64,000 nucleotides of DNA from Eledone cirrhosa (taxonomy: Eukaryota): positions 310,001 through 374,000 of the forward strand of contig OZ024749.1 of NCBI GenBank assembly GCA_964016885.1, in the 5' to 3' direction. The notes beneath the pieces were generated by a model. That model was not told the DNA's origin. It saw only the letters and a program-made list of their open reading frames with translations, and made no database searches. Every line of letters starts with the position of its first letter. The first letter of the stretch is position 1. Shown here piece by piece: positions 24,201 to 35,689 of the stretch. The translations under genes were made by a program, and so were the position numbers.

Positions 24201-25100
24201 ATCTTTTGCAGTTTCATTGTCAGCTCAAGGTTAATACCAGGCGAAATGGAGTTCCTCCTAGCTGCTTGTTCTTGGAAGTTGCCAACAAAGTACAATTGAA
24301 GAAATTGACGATCTTGATTTGCTATAGGCTGGAGTGATCCTATTCTATGATACACCTGCCGCTGCACTTTAAAAGTGGGCATAGATCCACCTTCCTTCAC
24401 AATACTTGCCCTAAAAGAGGTCATTTGAAAGGCACAATTGTACTTTCGAGTGTTATCCAGGAAATGTTTTGACTCTGCTGTTGTGCCTGTAAGAAGAAGC
24501 CTCAATGGATGTGGTGGATCCTCCAGTGGGGGTAATGTCACCTTCCCATTTGCACAACACATACCAGGTGTTTCTCTTGACCACTTTTTGGCATTGCAGA
24601 AGGGCAAGTGGTAGACATATTGCCACTGTTCCTGTCAGAGTTATAGTCAAATGCTTTTAATAACCACTGTGAACTGCATGGTCTTGAGATACTCTGCCCA
24701 GTGGCTCTTTGATGAACATTAGTCTCCAGACGATTATTTCAGTCTTCCGAGGTCTCTGCAGCTCGTGCAGCATTTCTGGTCTGGCGGAGTACACGCTGCA
24801 CTTCATTCTCTGCAGCTCGAGCAGCAGCAGTCCTGGCCAAGCGAGTACGATGCTTGTAGTTTTCTAACGCTCTTGCAGTAGCTTTACGTTCAGCATCTTG
24901 CGATCATCTAATTGCAGCCTCCATTGACCATTCAATTGCTTTTTTTCTTTTCCCTCTCAGCTTTCGCCATTTTTTCAACTAATATGGTGGATCTCTTCCT
25001 TGGAGGCATTATCTAAATTTAAAGGAAATTGTAGAAGTTATGTGGGTACGGAAATACACATACACACATCATCAGTTTTATATATATATATATATATATA
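21240..25100 (-). mobile_element. Decayed Helitron (Rep-helicase), internally deleted
   Basis: MCCANGKV zinc region, YNCAFQMTSF, IEWQKRGLPHAHILIWL (HUH), MVHGPCG, SGDFRQTL, MSINKSLGQTL, FSHGQLY; 3' hairpin plus CTAG|T at 21240. Confidence 0.92.
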
Positions 25101-25444
25101 ATTTTGAATATGTGCTGGTTGTTTACCGACAGCTTACTATGCAGGTTAGACCACTCAACGAAGTGGTTGGTCTGTTTACTCCAGAGTAATGTAAAAACAA
25201 GAAGTGTAAGTCAACAGGGTAAAATTAGCTTCGTTCATTCATATTCGCTGTTATATATAATTCAATGATAACCATTATTCAACAGCTATGACCTCATCAG
25301 GCAGCTAAAACTTGAACAGAAGAAATAGGAAAACAATGGTGTAATGGATTGTTAATTTATTGATATGCTCAGATCAAGAGTGTGTTGTTAGTCCTCTAAG
25401 GAACTGAAAGTATATGATTTAGAATATATATATATATATATAGA

Positions 25445-25790
25445 GAGATTCAAGTTTAAGCAAAGAATCGCTGCTTTCACCCTTAACGGGATCTTCTGAA
25501 ACTAAAAAAATCAATCTGTGAACACAGAAGTAAATATTTCAAAAAACGTTACAACCGAAGGAAAACAGGAAGACGATACTTTGGTTCGTGGAGACGTTCC
25601 CTAGCAATGAATAGAAAGAAACCAAAGATAATACGTCATTATTTGGAGCGGTGAGAACAATTACATGCAAAGACAAAACCACGTTTATGGTATACATGAA
25701 GTCGTAGACTAATATTCTATTTAGAATAACCGAATATTTCTCGGCTCTGGAGTTAAGAATAATGTAAATAAAGTTGTTAAACGGACATGA
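25445..25790 (-). mobile_element. Solo 3' end/pLTR of the 58920-60506 Naiad-type family, with a variant hammerhead (25453-25503)
   Basis: Homologous to 58930-59400; AGTTT-CAGAAGA-T-CCC gttaa GGG-T-GAAAGCAG cgattct TTGCTT-AAACT. Confidence 0.7.
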
Positions 25791-25914
25791 CAGATGTTAG
25801 TAAAATACTAAAAGTAAATAAACGCTGCTATCATTTTCTCCCCTCCCCAATCCCACTCTCTGTCTCATACCCCCTCTCACTCTTTCTCTACAGAATGGAG
25901 AACAATCAAGAACG

Positions 25915-25920
<6 letters not shown>

Positions 25921-25993
<73 letters not shown>
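25921..25993. repeat. (CT)n microsatellite
   Basis: Seen directly. Confidence 0.95.
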
Positions 25994-25997
<4 letters not shown>

Positions 25998-25999
25998 TT

Positions 26000-26320
26000 A
26001 TCATTTCATTCATTTCATTTTACGTCCGCTTTTTCCCTGCTTGCAAAGGTGGGACGGGAACTGATTCTGGCTTGATTTCTACAACTGCATGCCCTTCCTA
26101 ACACCAACCTCATTTACAGTGAGTGCTGGGTGCTTTTTTTCTGTGGCACTTTGCAGTGGAATGATATGGACTCCAGTCCTATCATCTCATTTCTACAGCT
26201 GAGTAAACTGGAGCAATGTGAAATAAAGTGTCTTGCTCAAGGAAACAACACATCACCTGGCCTGAGAATTGAACTCACAACCTTTTGATTGCAAGGCCAA
26301 TGCTCTAACCACTAAGCCAT
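26000..26320 (-). mobile_element. CORE-SINE with an RTE A2 tail
   Basis: Reverse complement of 11182-11515. Confidence 0.85.
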
Positions 26321-26356
26321 ATGTGTGTGTGTGTGTAAACCAGCTTTCATCGCCAT

Positions 26357-26388
<32 letters not shown>

Positions 26389-26504
26389 AATATCTTGTAC
26401 CTCTCTCTGTATAACGGCCTATCTCACTTTCTCTACTTCTCCCTCTCTCTCTTAAGATATATATGTGTGTGAGTGTGTAGTTTTTTTGCAACCAACCAAC
26501 TAAT

Positions 26505-26669
26505 ATTTATCTAGCGACCGCATTAGACCAAAACTTGAAAAATTTATGAGTCCAAAACACTCCTGGGAACATAACGCATGTTTGTTCCAAATTTGAAGAA
26601 AATCAGTTGCAAACTGTAGAAGTTATGTGGGTACGGACATACACACCTCCTCAGGTTTATATATATAGA
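26505..26669 (-). mobile_element. Non-autonomous Helitron 5' fragment
   Basis: TCTATATATATAAACCTGAGG..CCGTACCCACATAACTTCTACA, shared with the 5' end of the 21240-25100 Helitron. Confidence 0.6.
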
Positions 26670-26756
26670 TATATATAGTTGTGACATCACTGGTACCAAG
26701 CTGTATCAGCCATTACCTTTCCCTTGGACAACATCATATATAATATATATATATAC

Positions 26757-27843
26757 AGCCAGTATCTCAAAGAACTGTCATCCCATCAGGTGTAATGACT
26801 TGGGCTTTGGTGTTGATGTAGAGCAGTGATATCAGGTCCACTATCTTCTTAGGGATTCCATAAGCCTGTAAGATCTTCATCAGGCAGTGACGGTCCACAG
26901 AATCAAAGGCCTTCCTAAAGTCAATGAAAACCATGACCACAGGAAGGCACTTTGCTCTAGCTCCTTCTAATATCCTCCTCAGCATCAGGATGTGACTGGT
27001 GGTTGATCTTCCCTCTCTATTGTATGCGCCGTGCAGTGGAGAAACACCAGGACTCTGGCTTTACTATAGCACCGGCTCAGAGCAAGAGAGTTAAGGCGAA
27101 AAAGATATCGGATGCTGAATTTGCCGACAAAATAGTTTTGGTGACAAATACAGTGGAAGGAGGCAGAGGATTTGATGCAGGAGGTTGAGACTGTGTCGAG
27201 TGTGGGGCTGAGACTAAAACAAAATATCTGGTAGAGAATGTTGAGAAGCCAGAGGGGATTACTAATGTAGGCGGGAAGCCACTAGAATTGGTTGAGGACT
27301 TCCTGTATTTGGGAGCAAAGATTGGGAATACGGAGGATGATGTGGTTGAGAGGAAGAGCAAGGCCTGGGCGGTGTGCCACAGCTTGAGTTCGGTGTGGAA
27401 GTCGGACCTTCATAAAGACCTGAAAATCCGCCTCTTCATTGCTGTAGTGGAGTCTGTGCTGCTGTACGGGTCTGAGACTTGGACACTGACCAAGAAACTC
27501 ACTCAGATGGTGGATGGATGCTACACGAGAATGTTGAGGATGGCTCTGAACATTAATCAGTATACACTGAGGATGAAAAACTCAGAGCTGTAGGGGAGCC
27601 TCCCAAAAGTCAGCTCAAAAGTGACACAGAGGAGACTGAGGTTAGCTGGACATGCTCACCGACATCCAAGTTGACATTGCACTCATTGCTCCTGTGGGAG
27701 CCCCTACATGGACACACTGGAAGAGGAAAACCAAGGTTAACATATGTTGATGCCCTAAGGACAGACACTGGCAGCGATAATGAGGGACAGAGACCACTGG
27801 AGAGAACTCGTCCATGGATCTCGGGAATTTTACCCGGCCTCGA
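26757..27843 (+). mobile_element. RTE-like LINE family B with a 5' inversion (26757-~27000 minus, ~27018-27843 plus)
   Basis: Minus: FIDFRKAFDSVDR. Plus: DAEFADKI, FLYLG, VESVLLYGSETW. Confidence 0.88.
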
Positions 27844-28295
27844 CATATATTTGTGATCTCACTTTTACCAAGCTGTATCACCCATTACCTTTCACTTGGA
27901 CAAGATCATATATAATATATATATATATATATATAGTTGTGATGTCACTGGTACCAAGCTGTATCAGACATTACCTTTCCCTTGGACAACATAATATATA
28001 TATATAGTTGGACAACATCAGTGGTATGGAGAGAGGAGACTGGTATAGATGGGTGACTGCTGGTCTTTCACAAACACACCTTGACCAGGTTTGAGCCTCG
28101 GAGGACAACCCTCCAGGTGCAAACCCATGGTCATTGGTGACCAAAAGGAATCTATATACTAATATGCATTCATTTAACATGTTTCGGTCCTCCATTTTTG
28201 CTTTCTGCCTCAGAGAATTACACCTATGTTTACATGAGGCCCAGGAAATATCTTTTAGATGTTTAGTTATGTTAAAAAGTCGTTTTTTCTTTTAA

Positions 28296-28730
28296 ACCTT
28301 TCATGACCACATTTCTAATGAAATACACTCTATTTTAATTAATTAATGAAGAATTTTGAGGGCTTTACTAAAATCATTAATTATTTCATAAAGTACCAGT
28401 AATGCACTGGGTAATTGCTGGCCTTGTGCCTAAAGTAGAAACAATTAATTATTTCATTACTAAGATAGTAACTTAATGTAAGATTCTTTTATAAAATTTT
28501 GTTGGAAGATATAAATTTAATTTGGAAACATTTAAAATGGGTGGTTTTATTTGATAGAACCAGAGCTGGTTTTGTATGGGTTGGTAACTAAAGGGTTAAA
28601 TAGGAACTCTTTGAAATGTGAGGTTTTATTTGATAGAACCAGAGCTGGTTTGGATGGGTCGGTAACTAAAGGTTTAAATGGGAACTCTTTAGAATGGGTG
28701 GTTTTATTTGATAGAACTAGGGGTGGTTCT
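28296..28730. mobile_element. piggyBac-type MITE (28296-28595) whose right end is part of a 78-bp tandem repeat (~2.5 copies, 28537-28730); SINE fragment inside at 28390-28447
   Basis: TTAA|ACCTTTCATGACC ... GGTAACTAAAGGG|TTAA; 78-bp period. Confidence 0.6.
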
Positions 28731-28835
28731 GGCCAGGATTGTATCAAAACTATTTTCTTTTCTTCTTTATCTTATATATGGGTTGACATTAGCAGACATT
28801 TAGTCTTATTTTACATCATACCTGTAAGAGAGTCA

Positions 28836-30165
28836 TATCATCATCATCATCGTTTAACATCCATCTTCTACACTAGCATGGGTTAGACAGTTTTGTTCCA
28901 CTTGATGCAGAATTGGTCGGGAGACCATGTCTTGCTTGTACAGAACTGTCTCTGGCAGGTTTTCTACGCCTGGATGCCCTTCCTAACACCAACCACATTT
29001 ACAGTGTCGACTGGGAGCCTTTTTACCATGCCTCCTACAGGACCACTTTACAGTGGACGGAAATGGGAGGGTGGAGTGGGGTGTATATTGGGTTAAGAGG
29101 TGCCTACTGACTGTAGGTTTAAGTTTGTATGCAAGTGAAGGCAGGTCATCTGTACAACTGCATGGCGCCAAATATCTCGATCCAGTGACATTGTCTTAGA
29201 GAGGTGTAAGTGAGCAAGGCCAGTTTTTATCACCTCGTCCCAGGTTTTTCTTGGTCTACCCACTCCGTAGCTTCCATCAAATTTCATTGCCCTGCACTTT
29301 TTTATACAGCTGTCGTCCTTCATACACATCACATGACCATACCAATACAATCTCCTCTCCAGAACACAACAACATTTGATACCTCTTATGCTTAGTCTCT
29401 CTCTCAATTTGTTTATGCTTCGCCTTTTGCGCACATTACTATTACACATCCATCGGCGCATGCAAGCTTCATTTCTTTCTAATCTACGCAAGTCTTCAGC
29501 ACACAATGCCCAGGTCTCACTACCATGTAACATTGCTATTTGTATACAACCATCATACAATCTACCTTTCACTTTTAGAGAAAAACTCCTTGTGGCCAAC
29601 AGCAGTATTAGCTCTCTGAACTTTTTCCATCCCGTTCTAACTCTGGCTACTACACTTTCAGAGCACCCCCCTTCACTGCTGATTTTGTCACCCAGGTAAC
29701 AGAAAGTGACTACTATTTCGATAGAACCATCTGGACAGTCGAAGGAGATATCATCCAGTGGGTCCTTGCTACTTACTGCACCTGAGCATCAGCCACATAT
29801 AAAATCTACATTCTTAGATAGCTTACCTGTGATCCCACTACATCTTTTATGTACCCATAGTTTGCATTTGGGGCATAGAATGGAATTACTACCTACTCCC
29901 TATTTAAACATTGAGCATGACCATTTCCCAGTGCGCACCTGTGCCCTATTCTCCTTTCTACATACCTGAACTTTAGTCTTAGACAAGTTGACTTTAAGGC
30001 CTTTTGATTCTAGACCATGCTTCCATGTTTGGAACTTCTTCTCTAGAACTTCTGCCATAGATCATCTGCTTATAGAAGTTCCCATGGCAGCCAGTCTTAA
30101 ACCCCTCTGTTATGGCCTGAAGGACAATAATACACAGGAGGGGGCTAATGACGAAGCCTTGGTGA
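28836..30165 (-). mobile_element. RTE LINE, A1-related subfamily, 5'-truncated
   Basis: ORF 29093-29599; shares diagnostic sites with 45295-46408. Confidence 0.9.
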
Positions 30166-30169
30166 CAAC

Positions 30170-32007
30170 TTACTGAGGCTACTGAAGAAACTTGTAGCTG
30201 GAACAGAGCTCCAACCAGACAGAGTGATCTGGTGGTGGAACAGAACAGTAGATAGGGCCATTAGAGACAAAAGACTAGCATAGAATGCTTGGAAAAATGG
30301 TGGGAGTAGAGAAGGATATATAGCCGCTAAGAGAGAAGCTAGACATCAGGTGTACTAAGCACGCAGGGAAGATCAGAGATGTGCGGTGTTCCGCATTGCA
30401 AGGCAGTGTGTCAGAGAAAATCAGGATGTTGTTGGAGATAAATGTGTCCGGAATGATGCCGGTGTGCTTAGTGTCACGAATGATCAGAAAAAGGAGGCCT
30501 GGAAATGTCATTATAAGAGACTGATGAATGTGGAGAACAATGGGACAGAGAAATTACCCCCAGTAGATCCGACAGAGGGACCAGCTATTGAGATTGACGA
30601 ATATAGGGTCCAAGAGGCGATTAAGGAAATGAAAAATGGTAAGGCCGCTGGACTGTCGGGGATAGTTGCTGAGATGCTGAAGGCATCAGGGGATGTAGGC
30701 ACTAAACTGGTTGCACGCATCATCAATCAGGCTATATATGGCGGTGTCATACCCAAAGACTGGTGCAGCAGTATTCTCATAAATGGCTACAAAAGTAAAG
30801 GGGATGCTCTGGAGAGGAGCAATTATAGGGGTATAAAACTGATGGATTAAGTTATGAAAGTGACTGAAAGGATATTAGCGCAACTAATTAAGAGAAAGGG
30901 TCAAACTAGATGAGATGCAGTTTGGTTTTGTGCCTGGGAAAAGTACAACAGATGCCCTCTTCTTGGTGAGACAATTACTAAGAGAGGTTCGTAGAGAAGA
31001 ATAAGCCACTATACTGTCATCTGGTGGTCCCTGAGGAAACTAAGTGTTGAGGAATGGCTTGTGAGGGCAGTGCAAGCTTTGTACAGAGGTGCTGTCAGTA
31101 AAGTGAGAGTAGGAATGCAGTTTAGTGAGGAATTCCAGATACAACCTAGCTAAGACAAAAGTGTTGATGAGTAGGAAAGAGGACAAAACTCTGATTCCAT
31201 CAGGGAAATGGCCATGTTCGATATGCAGAAAAGGAACTGGCATAAATTCTATAAAATGAACACAATGCAGATCTTCGGTACACAAGAGATATAGTGGGAT
31301 ACCAGGCAAACTAACAGGTAGGGAGAAATACGTATGCAGTAGATCTACAAGGAAATTTGACAGTAGCAGTCGCATTGATAGACACATTTTTCAAAGGCAG
31401 GTGGGTTCTATAGAAGTGGTTGATAGATTCCGGTATCTAGGTGATCAGATTAGCATGGTAGGGGGGGGGGGGTTCTGAGGCCATAGTATCTAGAATAAGG
31501 ACGGGTTGGAAGAAGTTTAGGGAGCTGCTGACGAAGAAGGGTTTCTCCCTACGCATGAAAAGTTGGTTATATGATGCCTGTGTGAGGTGCGCGATGCTGC
31601 ATGGTAGTGAGACATGGGCAGCAACTGCAGAGGATATGCGACAGCTGGAGAGAAGTGTAGGCAAGCATGCTCCGTTGGATGTGCAATGTCAATGTGCGTG
31701 AACGACCGAGCATGGATGTGTTGAGAGAAAAACTGTATCTGAGAGGGATAAATTGTAGTAGTGTGCGGGAGAGAAGACTGCGATGGTATGGACATGTGAT
31801 GCACATGGAGGATAACCGATGGGTGAAGAAATGCCAGTTGAAGGAAGACCACAAAAAACATGGGCGGAGGTGGTGAGAGCTGACCTCAGATCGCTGAAGC
31901 TCAAGGTGGAGATGACGAAGGACTGCGACAAGTGGAGAGATGCTGTGCTGAATAGGACCCGTCCCACCCTTGCAAGCAGGGAAAAGCGGACGTAAAATGA
32001 TGATGAT
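30170..32007 (+). mobile_element. RTE LINE family A2, decayed with internal deletions
   Basis: MKNGKAAG.SGIVAEML, NYRGIKL, HGSETW, and the A2 3' end plus (GAT)n. Confidence 0.9.
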
Positions 32008-32498
32008 ATATATGCAAAAGATAAACAGAAATAACAACATAATTTGTACAGTATATGGAAGGGATATATTAGGTTAATGCTTAGATTGAGGGGACGGGTG
32101 AGTTGGAATTGGAAAAAATGTCTTTAGATAAAAATAACAGGTCCATTCATGTTGACATCTCTTGGAAAACTGTCGGTGCTGGCGTTTTGTGTTGATTTAT
32201 TTTTTTGGAAAAGGGGATGATGGAGTGCGTCTACCTGAAATGGAAAAAAAAACGTTTTGTTTAAAGAGCTATACTTGTGCCTGTGTGTGTTATTATACGT
32301 CAATATGAAGCTAAGAGGACATGTTTGTGTATGTTTAATTAGAAGAGTGTGCTTGTGCTTGGAAGTACGATATATATATGTATTGTGTGTCTGCTTCTGT
32401 CTGCTGCTTGTTTGTGTTTGGGATTGATAAAATATGTACCGATGGTGTTCATGATTGATGAAATCCCTGTAAGTTAGTACATTAGCATGGCCGTGGTC

Positions 32499-33768
32499 TA
32501 TAGCTGAATCTATGGCTGAACTAGAGAAGAAGTTCCAAACATGGAAGCATGGCCTAGAATCAAAAGGCCTTAAAGTCCACTTGTCTAAGACTAAAGTTCT
32601 AGTATGTAGAAAGGAGAATAGGGCACAGCTGCCCACTGGGAAATGGTCATGCTCAATGTTTAAAAAGGGAATAGGTAGAAATTCCATTCTATGCCCCAAA
32701 TGCAAACTATGGGTTCATAAAAATATAGTGGGATCACAGGTAAGCTATCTAAGAATGTAGATTTTATACATGGCCGATGTTCAGGTGCAAGGACCCACTG
32801 GATGCTATCTCTTTCAACTGCCCAGATGGTTCTATAGAAATAGTAGACACCTTCCGTTACCTGGGTGACAAAATCAGCAGTGGAGGAGGGTGCTCTGAAA
32901 GTGTAGTAGCCAGAGTTAGAATGGGATGGAAAAAGTTCAGAGAGCTAATACTGCTGTTGTCCACAAAAGGTTTTTCTCTAAAAGTGAAAAGCAGATTGTA
33001 TGATGGTTGTATACGAACAGCAATGTTACATGGCAGTGAGACATGGGCATTGTGTGCTGAAGACTTGCATAGATTAGAAAGGAATGAAGCTTGCATGCTC
33101 CGATGGATGTTTAATAGTAATATACGCAAACGGCAAAACATAAATGAACTAAGTGAGAAATTAGGAATAAGAGGGATCAGATGCTGTTTACTTGAGAAGA
33201 CTACGTTGGTATGGTCCCGTGATGCGCATGAAAGACGATAGCTGTATAAAAAAGTGCAGGGCAATCAAAATTGATGGAAGTTACGGTAAACCCAGAAAAA
33301 CCTAGGGCGACATGATAAAATCTGACCTTGCACACTTACATTTCTCTCAGACAATGTCACTGGATCAAGATCTTTGGCACCACGCAGAAATACGGAAGAC
33401 CCGCTTTCCCTAACATACAAAATTAAACCTACAGTCAGTTGGCACCTCTATTCTCCCACCAACACCACCCTTTCTCAGTAAAGTTATGTTGGTACCACAG
33501 AACAGCCAGTCCAAACTAAAGAGGTTGTGTAGGTGTCATGACAAATAGCACCCAGACTACACTATATAGTGGTTGTGTAGGTGTCATGACAAAAAGCACC
33601 CAGTTCACACTGTAAAGTGGTTGGTGTTAGGAAGGGCATCCAGCTGTAGAAAACCTGCCAGAAACAGTACTCTTATCAGCAAGAAATGGTCACTCGATCA
33701 ACCTTGTCTCAAGTGGGATAATTCTCGTCTAACCCATGCTAGCGTGGAAGATGGACATTAAACGATGC
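32499..33768 (+). mobile_element. RTE LINE family A1, 5'-truncated
   Basis: ORFs 32512-32760 and 32777-33241; 3'UTR. Confidence 0.9.
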
Positions 33769-33862
33769 TGTATGTGTGTATCATTTATCACAATGAAATC
33801 TTTTTTTTTTTCTTCATTAATGGTATCTCCATCACCAACCACGATTACATCTTCATCAACAG

Positions 33863-34022
33863 TTATATAATGGAGAAAGTTTATGATACTGTTTTCCCTG
33901 TTATCCAACAACACCTTAAAGAAGAAGACCAATCTCTGATGTCTCATTGCCATGAACTGATTGCTGGTAACACTATTCAAATAGGTATTGATCATCAATT
34001 TGATTGTGATTTGCCCGAAGCT
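33863..34022 (+). CDS. Host gene exon B, VPS9-domain protein; YIMEKVYDTVFPVIQQHLKEEDQSLMSHCHELIAGNTIQIGIDHQFDCDLPEA
   Basis: Acceptor caacag|, donor |gtaagt, 160 bp, ends in phase 0. The pattern Y..FP......ED..L...C..L......IG....F.C.LP.A resembles the ANKRD27-type helical bundle/VPS9 start (recalled similarity, not searched). Confidence 0.8.
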
Positions 34023-34256
34023 GTAAGTATGTTTCTAAAAGGTGTTGTAGTTTTGTATTTACCCCTTTAGCATTTAAACCGGCCATATCTGGCCAGAAAT
34101 CTCTCACCTCTTTTTATCAAACCAGCCGTAACTGGCCACTATAACTTATATGTTAAGGTAGTGTTCTCAAAATAAATAATATCAAAATCTCATAGATTCA
34201 ATATTATGTGAGGTAAAGTCTTTACTGTGAAAATACAATAGTAATAGAAAATACAA

Positions 34257-34620
34257 TGATCTCCATGTGTCTAACACACGTGGACATGCCTACAAAGTCA
34301 GAAAACAGCACAGCTCCCATGACTTTCGTAAACATTTTTTCGCGCTCAGAGTTGCTGAAGTGTGGAACAAACTGCCTGCGTCAGTTGTTAGCTGCCGAGA
34401 CACTGCATCCTTTAAAACCCTCATGCTTCCCGAAATTCGCCAAAACTTCACCTGATGTACCCCTTCCATACACATGCACAAATGTGTATATCATGACTCA
34501 TGGACTGTTCATTTTCCTGACGTTTGTACATCACCCTATGTACTATGCATACACTTTTTAATGAGTTGTAGTGCACCTGAGCACTGAACACAATATTTCA
34601 TTATTATTATTATTATTATT
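34257..34620 (+). mobile_element. CR1/Jockey-group LINE 3' fragment with an (ATT)n tail
   Basis: TRGHAYKV......RKHFFALRVAEVWNKLP..VV......SFK. Confidence 0.8.
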
Positions 34621-35480
34621 ATATATAGAGTAATGTAAATGTTATGTGAGATATTATGTGAGGTAAAGCCTTTACTGTGAAAATACACTAGTATATATAG
34701 AGTAATATAAATGTTATGTGAGGTAAAGTCTTTACTGTGAAAATACAATAGTATATATAGAGTAATGTAAATGTTATGTGAGATATTATGTGAGGTAAAG
34801 TCTTTACTGTGAAAATACAATAGTATATATAGAGTAATGTAAATGTTATGTGAGGTAAAGCTTTTACTGTGAAAATACACTAGTATATATAGAGTAATGT
34901 AAATGTTATGTGAGGTAAAGTCTTTACTGTGAAAATACAATAGTATATATAGAGTAATGTAAATGTTATGTGAGGTAAAGCCTTTACTGTGAAAATACAC
35001 TAGTATATATAGAGTAATGTAAATGTTATGTGAGATATTATGTGAGGTAAAGTCTTTACTGTGAAAATACAATAGTATATATAGAGTAATGTAAATGTTA
35101 TGTGAGGTAAAGCCTTTACTGTGAAAATACACTAGTATATATAGAGTAATGTAAATGTTATGTGAGATATTATGTGAGGTAAAGTCTTTACTGTGAAAAT
35201 ACAATAGTATATATAGAGTAATGTAAATGTTATGTGAGGTAAAGCCTTTACTGTGAAAATACACTAGTATATATAGAGTAATGTAAATGTTATGTGAGGT
35301 AAAGTCTTTACTGTGAAAATACAATAGTATATATAGAGTAATGTAAATGTTATGTGAGGTAAAGCCTTTACTGTGAAAATACAATAGTATATATAGAGTA
35401 ATGTAAATGTTATGTGAGATATTATGTGAAGTAAAGTCTTTACTGTGAAAATATAATAGTATATATAGAGTAATGTAAAT
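34621..35480. repeat. 60-bp minisatellite (72-bp variants), about 13 units
   Basis: Unit GTATATATAGAGTAATGTAAATGTTATGTGAGGTAAAGYCTTTACTGTGAAAATACAMTA with an optional 12-bp ATATTATGTGAG. Confidence 0.95.
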
Positions 35481-35518
35481 GCTAAAGGGTTAATATTTTA
35501 CTGTTTTACTCTTTACAG

Positions 35519-35590
35519 ACAAGCATTCTTCAGCAGTTAGATAGTTTGAAAACTCCTTTAGAGAAATTAACATCACTAAAATCTTGTATG
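35519..35590 (+). CDS. Host gene exon C, VPS9 domain; TSILQQLDSLKTPLEKLTSLKSCM
   Basis: Acceptor ctctttacag|, donor |gttagt, 72 bp, phase 0/0. L..LD...TP.EKL..L is the typical first motif of the VPS9 domain. Confidence 0.8.
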
Positions 35591-35628
35591 GTTAGTATAA
35601 ATACATATATACATTCATATATAAATAC

Positions 35629-35685
<57 letters not shown>

Positions 35686-35689
35686 CATA

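Larger units (their letters stand above)
34063..35489. mobile_element. piggyBac-type non-autonomous element filling the exon B-C intron
   Basis: 14-bp TIRs CCCTTTAGCATTTA/TAAATGCTAAAGGG; right flank TTAA, left TTAC. The subterminal sequence resembles 17620-17760. Confidence 0.8.

Noticed and set aside
32040-32498. 5' part of ORF 32124-32705 as a gene
   Set aside because: It is a chimera of antisense RTE and low-complexity sequence, possibly a decayed PLE but unassignable.
34621-35480. CRISPR-like regular array
   Set aside because: The units are contiguous with no unique spacers, there are no cas genes, and the context is eukaryotic.
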